Assembly (NCBI GenBank): GCA_023150835.1
Contig: JAKLKB010000033.1
Location: forward strand, 2,411-66,410
Source: Myxococcota bacterium
GTDB taxonomy: Bacteria > Myxococcota_C > UBA6777
DNA length: 64,000 nt
Reading direction: 5' to 3'
The notes under the pieces were generated by a model that saw nothing but the letters and a program-made list of their open reading frames with translations, was not told where the DNA came from and made no database searches. Numbering within the stretch: the first letter of the stretch is position 1; each line of letters starts with the position of its first letter. This document shows positions 57,560-64,000 of the stretch, in pieces. Both the position numbers and the translations under genes were made by a program.

Positions 57560-59194
57560 ATGCCAGTCTATCGAATCGAACGGGATGGGAAAACAATCGA
57601 AGTACCGGACTTTTCGACGCTGCGAGCATGGGCCGAAGGGGGACGGATTCGAGCGGAAGATAAGGTGTGGTCACAAGGTTGGAAAGAGCCTGTGCGCGCT
57701 TACGATGTGAGCGGCCTGCGCGAGATCTTCAAAACGCGCAGTGCAGCGCCAAATGCAACCTCCTACGCCAGTGGTCCCGTATACATCGTCTTTGATGGGC
57801 GCGAACAAGTCAGTGCCCCCAACTTTTCTTCCCTTCAACAGCTTACGGCGACGGGGCGTGTGCGTGCGGATGATCTTGTTTGGACCGAAGGATGGGAGGC
57901 TTGGGCGCGAGCTTATGATGTCAGCGGCTTGCGCGATATCTTTAAAAAGCGCAATGAACAGCCCGCAGCAACGATGCGAATGCCGATCCCGCCCTTGCCT
58001 TCAGTAAGCACGAGCGCAGCCTCTTCTTCCTCACCACAAGCCCCTCGCCAGCGCGCACATCGCCGTGCTTCATCGCAAGCCCCGTCCCACCCACAATCTC
58101 AGCCTCAAAAGCCCTCGTGGGTGGCTCAGGTGGGCGAAACCTTCAAAGAACTGAATTCGCTCGCCAAAGAAGGCTTTGAAAAGATGGGCTTTTCGCGAAC
58201 AGGACAACCCAATGCGCGAACATACGCCTCGACAGGGCGGATGTATCAGGCCGATCCTGATCAAGACAGTGCCCCTTCCAACCACACCGCACAATCTCGC
58301 AACCACCGCCAAATCAACGCTTCTGCCTACCGCCACACTGACGCTGCTCTTTGGCACAAAGAACCTTGGCGCTATCGCCGCGAACAAGGCCCTTTTACTT
58401 TGGCTGACTTGCTTTCTCCCGAACATCTCCAGAGCTATCTTTCTTTGCGACGCCACCGCAAGATCGAGGTCCCTTTGCGCAAGATCCTTCCCAACATCGC
58501 GCCATCAAGCTTGTTTCAAGCCCTCGTACCTGACGCGAGGATCTTGCGTGGGCAAGATGACCGCCTTGTTGCGGGCCTTTTGGCACAGATGAGTGCGGCT
58601 TTGGTGTTGCCTGCGCCTGTGGATATCTATGTTTCTGCCAAAAATGCGTGGGAGATGTCTTTGCTCGGAAATCGCCAACAATCCGCGATCTTGGTGGGCG
58701 AAGGATGGCTTGAAGAACTCTCCGAAGTCGGCGTGGCTGGGTTGTTTGCGCAGTTATTGAGTCAATCTTACCTACAAGACGCGCCGTTGCGGACGTTGGC
58801 TTGGTTGCTTTGGAAGCCTGAAGACTTTTCGCGGATCGGAGTTCATTCGATCCCTGCGGTGGATTCAACGTTTTTGCTTGATTGCTTGATGGAGGCGGAT
58901 CACCTCGGCGACCTGATCTCTTTGATGCTTTTGGGACACGAAGACGCTGTGATCGATGCGCTCGAAGAGATGGTCGAAGTCTCGGAAGCACCGCGTGCCT
59001 TGGAACGCTCCAAGGCTGTTCAGTCGATCCAAGCTTATTTCGATACTCCCGCCCCTGCTCTTGCGGAGCGCGTTCCTGCGCTCGAACGCTTCGCAAAAAG
59101 CCATCGCTTCCAAAATCTCACAAGAGGCATCGCCGCTTTCCCTTCGGTGCGCTCAGCCATCCTCGACGTCCAGCGGATCGCAGGCATCGCCTAA
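57560..59194 (+). CDS. Hypothetical protein with two N-terminal GYF-like/DUF4339-like ~55-aa repeats, a S/P/Q-rich linker and a conserved-looking C-terminal domain.
   Basis: 'YRIERDGKTIEVPDFSTLRAWAEGGRIRAEDKVWSQGWKEPVRAYDVSGLREIF' and 'YIVFDGREQVSAPNFSSLQQLTATGRVRADDLVWTEGWEAWARAYDVSGLRDIF'. RBS 'aaggag'. Confidence 0.5.
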   Translation: MPVYRIERDGKTIEVPDFSTLRAWAEGGRIRAEDKVWSQGWKEPVRAYDVSGLREIFKTRSAAPNATSYASGPVYIVFDGREQVSAPNFSSLQQLTATGRVRADDLVWTEGWEAWARAYDVSGLRDIFKKRNEQPAATMRMPIPPLPSVSTSAASSSSPQAPRQRAHRRASSQAPSHPQSQPQKPSWVAQVGETFKELNSLAKEGFEKMGFSRTGQPNARTYASTGRMYQADPDQDSAPSNHTAQSRNHRQINASAYRHTDAALWHKEPWRYRREQGPFTLADLLSPEHLQSYLSLRRHRKIEVPLRKILPNIAPSSLFQALVPDARILRGQDDRLVAGLLAQMSAALVLPAPVDIYVSAKNAWEMSLLGNRQQSAILVGEGWLEELSEVGVAGLFAQLLSQSYLQDAPLRTLAWLLWKPEDFSRIGVHSIPAVDSTFLLDCLMEADHLGDLISLMLLGHEDAVIDALEEMVEVSEAPRALERSKAVQSIQAYFDTPAPALAERVPALERFAKSHRFQNLTRGIAAFPSVRSAILDVQRIAGIA

Positions 59195-59278
59195 GAACGT
59201 CAACGCTCGCTAAAAAAGACAGTCGTTTCCGGCTAACGCTCGGGTGGCCCCACTTGTTTTGCTGATTCGAAATAGGAG

Positions 59279-59395
59279 TTACGCAGTTGAAAAGGAAAAC
59301 CCTGAGATGTCAGCACATTATTAGGGGCGGTTCGCCAACCGCCCGCGCCCGAACATGGCCCTTTTTCGTATCCAACTGCGTAAGTCCTATCGAAA
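59279..59395 (+). mobile_element. MITE-like element, copy 2 (same family as 36921..37035).
   Basis: 'tacgcagttgaaaaggaaaaccctgagatgtcagcacattattaggggcggttcgccaaccgcccgcgcccgaacatggccctttttcgtatccaactgcgta'. Confidence 0.65.
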
Positions 59396-59455
59396 TATAT
59401 TTGTTTTCGGACACCTTGAACCCGAGCTGTTGCCATCGGGGAGACGGAGAGCAAG

Positions 59456-60652
59456 ATGCCAAAAACGCGGGAGTATATACTTACGCTTTTTCTATCCGCC
59501 CTGTTTTTTTCTTTTGCTCTCGCGCATGGTTGTGGAGAGTCAAAAATTCCAGAAAAAATGGAGCCAGATTCAAGTGTTTCTGAACATTTTATGGATAATA
59601 TAAATAAAGAAAGTAGTCATTCTTCTGAAGCAATCTGTACAAGTTTGTGTGTTCAGGTTTTTGCAGGAGCGCCCGATCAATTTGGAGATTTGGATGGCCT
59701 ATTAAATGCTGCAAGATTCAACTATCTGACCGATCTCCTCGAAACGAAAGACGCGATCTATCTGGTTGATCGCAATAACCACAAGATCAAAGTGATCAAG
59801 GACGGAAAAAGTAGGACGCTGGCAGGAACGGGACAGGAAGGGTACAAAGACGGCGCAGGAAACGAGGCCATGTTCAGTTTTCCCTTCGGCGCGGCATTAG
59901 ACTCCAAAGGAAATCTGTTTGTCACAGAGTTGGGAGCAGGCCGGATCAGACGGATCTCTCCAAACGGGGTCGTTTCTACACTCGCGGGCGGACGTTCCTT
60001 TGGATTTCAAGACGGGTTCGGAGACGAAGCACTCTTTTCTTACTCGATGGCTGATATTTCTATTGATCATCAAGATAACCTCTATGTTTCAGATTCCTAT
60101 AACGTTTCTATTCGAAAAATTACACCAGACGGAGACGTCACAACCATCGGATACGGCAAATCTATTTTTTTGAAAAATAAAGAAAAGCAGTTGCGTGGTC
60201 AGCCTGTTGAGTTCCCGTTGCAACAACCCACGTCTTTAAAGTTCGACACGGAAGGTCGGTTGTACATCGCTGATTGGGAAGGAAACTCGATCTGGCGTAT
60301 CGAGAAATCGGGAGAGGTTGCTCGGTTCGCAGGGACGGGAGAGCGAGGAGATAAAGACGGTCCGAGACAGGAGGCCGAGTTGTTCCGCGTTAATTCGCTT
60401 GCGTTCCATCGAAACGGTGAATTGTTCTTTGCAGAATCTGGCAATCGTAAAATCAAAAAAATTGATACCGCAGGACAAGTGAAAACTGTTGTTTCATCAG
60501 TTACAGGAGTTCTTCGTGGTGCATTACCCATCCCAATAGGAAACATTTTGGATATGGAGTTCGCCGAAGATGGCTCCCTTTATTTCATCGAAGCGAATTT
60601 CCATGTTGTGCGTAAGCTATGGCTGAATTGTGATTGTCCTTTACGGCTCTAA
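59456..60652 (+). CDS. NHL-repeat beta-propeller lipoprotein. The lower-GC region begins here.
   Basis: Lipobox 'SFALAHGCGES'. Repeated 'LYV(S/A)D…N(x)I(R/W)(K/R)I' NHL blades. AT-richer codon usage than the preceding 59 kb. Confidence 0.65.
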   Translation: MPKTREYILTLFLSALFFSFALAHGCGESKIPEKMEPDSSVSEHFMDNINKESSHSSEAICTSLCVQVFAGAPDQFGDLDGLLNAARFNYLTDLLETKDAIYLVDRNNHKIKVIKDGKSRTLAGTGQEGYKDGAGNEAMFSFPFGAALDSKGNLFVTELGAGRIRRISPNGVVSTLAGGRSFGFQDGFGDEALFSYSMADISIDHQDNLYVSDSYNVSIRKITPDGDVTTIGYGKSIFLKNKEKQLRGQPVEFPLQQPTSLKFDTEGRLYIADWEGNSIWRIEKSGEVARFAGTGERGDKDGPRQEAELFRVNSLAFHRNGELFFAESGNRKIKKIDTAGQVKTVVSSVTGVLRGALPIPIGNILDMEFAEDGSLYFIEANFHVVRKLWLNCDCPLRL

Positions 60653-60699
60653 CGAGAGTCCTTCGAAAAGAGAGCGAAATGGAACTTTCATACTTCGAA

Positions 60700-61687
60700 A
60701 CGTGAGTTCGAGCTAAAAAGGTAAGCATTTCTGTTCAGTTACACGAATATTAAGAGAAGGTTTCTCGGGCATCATCGAATAACAGACCAAACCAGACAGA
60801 AGATTGACGAAAAAATTGTAAGGGCTACGGTGGCGCGTGTGGTCGATTTGGCAAACGTGTTTCAGATGTTCGTTGACCGTTTCAATAAATACCCGCTTTC
60901 CAAGAACAAGCGAGTCAAACAAAGTCATCAAACGAGGTTTCATGTTCTTACGCATCGTCGTCACAAGAGAGATTCCTTTTGCGTATAAGTCCTCGAATAA
61001 ATCTTGCGAGATGTATCCACGATCCCCATAGAGTCGGCCAAAAAGACCGTGCATCATATCGGGGACAAGGCTGCGGTCATCGACGTTGGCTTTTGTGATG
61101 CGAAAAGCAAGCAGCTCGCCAATGTCGTTGACAACGAGGTGTAGCTTGAAGCCAAAAAACCAGCCCACGGAATCTTTGCTCCACGAAGCCAACCCTGCGA
61201 AGGTTTTATGGGATTTCGCACGTTTGACATACGAGACGACGAGCTTGGTCGAGTCGACAAAAGAGATGCCGCTGCATTCCCCGAGCAGGGAATGGGCGAG
61301 AAAGTACATGGGGATCATCGCCTCCTTCTGGAGTTCGACAAATCTTTGATAACTTGGAAGATTTGGGAAGCAGGAAGCCCATGCCACGCAAACATGACGA
61401 AGGTAAAAGCCCTTGAGATCGCGATATCGGCTTTGGTGGAACATCACAAGTACCGTCATGACTTCACTTGTGTGCATCTTCCGCTTTCTTTTTGCGACGG
61501 AAAACTCCATCTCTTCGACGTAATCCGTCCAATCCTTCTCGAAGGCTTGATAAAAATCATCGACATGGCAAAAGATTTCGGTTAGATCCATGAGCGTACC
61601 CCTTGCTTTCTTTGGGTGTTCGTTTTGCAACTACACTTTGCCAGAGAAAACAAGCGGGTACAACTTTTTTCTTGCTCGAACTCACGT
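60700..61687. mobile_element. IS982-family insertion sequence (~988 bp) with 14-bp perfect terminal inverted repeats 'ACGTGAGTTCGAGC'.
   Basis: 'acgtgagttcgagc' at 60700..60713. Its reverse complement 'gctcgaactcacgt' at 61674..61687. A single transposase ORF fills the interior. Confidence 0.75.
60713..61591 (-). CDS. IS982-family DDE transposase.
   Basis: 'MDLTEIFCHVDDFYQ…' N-terminus. 'FVDSTKL…', 'GYIS' DDE-region motifs typical of IS982. ATG 61591 with 'aagggg'; the supplied ORF start is TTG. Confidence 0.8.
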   Translation of the reverse strand: MDLTEIFCHVDDFYQAFEKDWTDYVEEMEFSVAKRKRKMHTSEVMTVLVMFHQSRYRDLKGFYLRHVCVAWASCFPNLPSYQRFVELQKEAMIPMYFLAHSLLGECSGISFVDSTKLVVSYVKRAKSHKTFAGLASWSKDSVGWFFGFKLHLVVNDIGELLAFRITKANVDDRSLVPDMMHGLFGRLYGDRGYISQDLFEDLYAKGISLVTTMRKNMKPRLMTLFDSLVLGKRVFIETVNEHLKHVCQIDHTRHRSPYNFFVNLLSGLVCYSMMPEKPSLNIRVTEQKCLPF

Positions 61688-61865
61688 AAAATTAGAGTGG
61701 CGGAAGTTCTGTTCTATTTGTTCGGTGTTCTCGTGGGATGGGGTAGCAAGTGAAGTTCGCAAAATTAGAGTGGCGGAAAATCTGTTCTGTTTGTTCGGAA
61801 AGAACAGTAGCACGCGAAGTTCGGAAAATTAGAGGATTGGAAGTTCTGTTCTATTTGTTCGATGA
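61688..61865 (+). repeat. Three ~60-bp tandem units ('aagttcgNaaaattagagtggcggaagttctgttctatttgttcgg…'). The first abuts the IS right end.
   Basis: Units start at ~61688, 61755 and 61819. An internal CTGTTCT…AGAACAG hairpin sits in unit 2. Confidence 0.7.
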
Positions 61866-62039
61866 GGTGACGTAGAGAGACCGCCCCGAATCCCCCAGTG
61901 ATGTGCGGCGCCAACGCCGCGATCACGTGCGGCCCCCCACGAGGCCAAGAATGAGTAGAGGGGGGCCGTCACGTGGATCCGACTTGTTGGACGGAAGTTT
62001 CATTTCGGATGTTTGCAAGAGAAGAAGTGCGATAAGGAA

Positions 62040-62350
62040 TCTTCACAAATGCGAAGGCAAAAAGAATTTCGCGGGAAAAGCTGTTCACATCCCGAAGGGC
62101 GCGAGGTTTCAAGCGATGTTCGATTTGGTTTGTTCGCGGGATGCGGAGGCAAGGGGAAATACGCGGTCAAGTCTATTTACCCTCCGAAGGGCAGGGCGTT
62201 TCAGGAAAAGATCGCTTTGAATGGTTCGCGGGATGCGGAGGCAAGGGGAAATACGCGGTCAATCTTGTTCACACGCCGAAGGGCAGGAGGTTTCAGGAAA
62301 AGATCGATTCGATTTGTTCGGAAAGAACGGTAGCAAGGCGAGAGCAGAAA
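62040..62350 (+). repeat. Mosaic repeat block 'Y' (internally duplicated). Homologous to block 'Z' at 63620..63840 on the other side of the GTPase gene.
   Basis: Shared modules 'gttcacaNNccgaagggcNNgNggtttcaNg', 'gttcgcgggatgcggaggcaaggggaaatacgcggtcaa' (x2 exact) and the tail 'atttgttcggaaagaacggtagcaaggcga'. Confidence 0.7.
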
Positions 62351-62377
62351 AATCGGATACTTTTTTGAACGCTCGAT

Positions 62378-63457
62378 TTAATTTCCTGCCAACTTTTGCT
62401 TGAAAGCGTACGCAATTTGCTCGGCCGTTGGAGATTTGGATGGATCGTCTTTCAAAAGTAAATAGAGCGTTCCTATGTAGGCTTCGCCGAAAGCGGTAGT
62501 AAGTGCGATAGAAGTTCCAGCAGCAATGGTTCCACCCACGAGACTCCCCACACCGGGGATCAATTTTAGTAACGAACTGACAATTGCCCGCCCAGCAACT
62601 GTTGCTGCCACCCCTGTAAAGGTACTAGCAACCAACGTGCTGATAAAAACTTGGGACACGGGGAGACCAAAAGCGGCGCTGATACCCGCCAACATCCCGA
62701 CCTGTACAGGAACAATCAATATTGCGTCTGAAAATGGAATTGGAGTGGCAGCAGCGGCACCTGCGACTGTTGCACTTGCTGCCACCACCGTATGAGCACG
62801 GTTGACTTTTTGCTCAAGGCTGACTTTTTGTGCTGCCGCGAATGCGTTTTTTTGACTCTCCGGGACGAGTTCCATTGTTAACTCGACTAATTCCTTGAGA
62901 CCTTTTACCGAAATTTTATGACCATCATCAAAGATTTCTTCGACAGCATGAACGCTTATAACATTGCGTGCTTTGGGGAGTATCTTTTGAACTTCTGCGC
63001 GGAAGCCTTTATCCGCTTTTGCTTTCGTAATCACAACAACAGTGGGGATATGAGCTGACAACATTTCAACGAGTTGTATTTCTCCTTCTTCGACTCTTCT
63101 CGAATCCTCGGAGATACAAACCCATGCAACGTGCATATGACGATGGGCTTCTGTTTCTTGCTTTCGCTCTTCAATGAATTTTTGCAAGGAGTTGACGGTT
63201 TGTTTGTATTCTGCGAGTTCTAGCCCTCTCGTGTCGAACAATGAAACAGGAATTCCTTCTTTGGTGATTTCTCTTGTGTTTTGTGTCACAGGGCGTCCTT
63301 GTCCTGTTTCTGCCAAATTTCCTTGGAACACTGCGTTGATCAATGTGCTTTTACCAACACCTGTTTTCCCTGCCAGAATAATGTTCACTTTGCCTCGGCG
63401 TTTTAATGCTTCTTCCACAGCGTTTTTTACAGTATCAATCAAGCCCGGATCCAACAT
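62378..63457 (-). CDS. GTP-binding protein with an N-terminal Era/EngA-like (MMR_HSR1) GTPase domain and a C-terminal Gly/Ala-rich hydrophobic DUF697-like domain.
   Basis: G1 'LAGKTGVGKST'. G3 'DTRG'. C-terminus 'AGAAAATPIPFSDAILIVPVQVGMLAGISAAFGLPVS…'. ATG 63457 with 'aagaggag' 5 nt upstream; the supplied ORF start is TTG. Lower GC. Confidence 0.7.
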   Translation of the reverse strand: MLDPGLIDTVKNAVEEALKRRGKVNIILAGKTGVGKSTLINAVFQGNLAETGQGRPVTQNTREITKEGIPVSLFDTRGLELAEYKQTVNSLQKFIEERKQETEAHRHMHVAWVCISEDSRRVEEGEIQLVEMLSAHIPTVVVITKAKADKGFRAEVQKILPKARNVISVHAVEEIFDDGHKISVKGLKELVELTMELVPESQKNAFAAAQKVSLEQKVNRAHTVVAASATVAGAAAATPIPFSDAILIVPVQVGMLAGISAAFGLPVSQVFISTLVASTFTGVAATVAGRAIVSSLLKLIPGVGSLVGGTIAAGTSIALTTAFGEAYIGTLYLLLKDDPSKSPTAEQIAYAFKQKLAGN

Positions 63458-63619
63458 TTCAACTCCTCTTCGTTTTTCAGTTTTTTCTGCGAACAACCAC
63501 TATATCTTTTGGCTCGGAGATAACCAAAAGTCAAGTTTTTTCTTCTACCGCTTGTTGTTTAAAGATAGCAAATAGAGACCAGAAAAGAGAAGAATGGACA
63601 GCTTGTTATTAAATCTTCA

Positions 63620-63840
63620 CAACGTGCATAGGCAAAAAGAACAACGCAGGAAAAGATGTTCACACCCCGAAGGGCGCGAAGTTTCAAGAGAACATCGGTT
63701 GGGGATGTTCGCGGGAGGCGGAGGCAAGGGAAGATACGAGAGAAAGTCTATTAAAATGCCGAAGGGCAGGAGGTTTCAGGAGAACACCGCTTCGATTTGT
63801 TCGGAGAGACCGACGCAAGCGAAGGATTCTCGCTCGCTCT
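63620..63840 (+). repeat. Mosaic repeat block 'Z', collinear with Y at ~75-80% identity and without indels.
   Basis: 'gcaaaaagaacaacgcaggaaaagatgttcacaccccgaagggcgcgaagtttcaag…gttcgcgggaggcggaggcaaggg…gccgaagggcaggaggtttcagg…atttgttcggagagaccgacgcaagcga'. Confidence 0.7.
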
Positions 63841-64000
63841 CGCTGGCAAGTCTTAGCGCTCAAAACATTTTTTTCTTGGCTCATGTTGTGTTTTGAGGTC
63901 TTCTAAGGTACCTCATGAGCGACGTTTTTGATCGAGTGGGTCCGTTCAAACCAACCTCAGCTAGGGCAACCACAGGGGGTTGCCCCTACATGTTGGAAAT

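Noticed and set aside
62040-62350. Possible CRISPR array, suggested by the recurring ~31-bp 'gttcacaNNccgaagggc…gtttcagg' units.
   Set aside because: Spacing between units is irregular (~90 to ~180 bp). The inter-unit sequences are themselves repeated rather than unique spacers. Unit sequences diverge, and no cas genes are present in the window.

Overview
This 64-kb window looks like a chromosomal segment from a high-GC bacterium, most plausibly Myxococcota. The clues are several eukaryotic-like Ser/Thr kinases, an FHA-GAF sigma-54 activator, a secreted protein built from cysteine-rich 'CxxDxDC…GQxC' repeats, TPR-rich giant proteins and a kinase-FGE fusion. About 35 genes are called. The clear housekeeping ones are uvrC, rlmN, udk, psd, a relA/spoT-family gene, acetoacetyl-CoA synthetase, bioY, cytochrome c peroxidase, a GH13 alpha-amylase and a TolC-like outer membrane protein. 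They are interleaved with signalling genes: a PAS hybrid histidine kinase, three Ser/Thr kinases and a sigma-54 activator. Many low-complexity proteins carry nucleotide-perfect tandem repeats. The non-coding DNA is unusually rich in structured repeats. There is a REP-like hairpin element in four direct copies. There is a MITE-like element with terminal inverted repeats and a 20-bp perfect palindrome, in two copies. There are seven tandem terminator-like hairpins upstream of the acetoacetyl-CoA synthetase gene. There is a 58-bp x4 tandem repeat that swallows the amylase stop codon. There are also G-rich and GT-rich minisatellites and a second family of double-hairpin elements. The last ~4.5 kb (from ~59.4 kb) is visibly lower in GC. 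It carries an NHL-repeat lipoprotein, an intact-looking IS982-family insertion sequence with 14-bp terminal inverted repeats, and a GTPase/DUF697-like gene bracketed by ~250-bp mosaic direct repeats. That is the best candidate here for an acquired, uncharacterised cassette. All calls rest on reading the translations and the DNA by eye; no database search was run. Start codons were re-chosen where an in-frame ATG with an upstream Shine-Dalgarno fitted better than the supplied ORF boundary.
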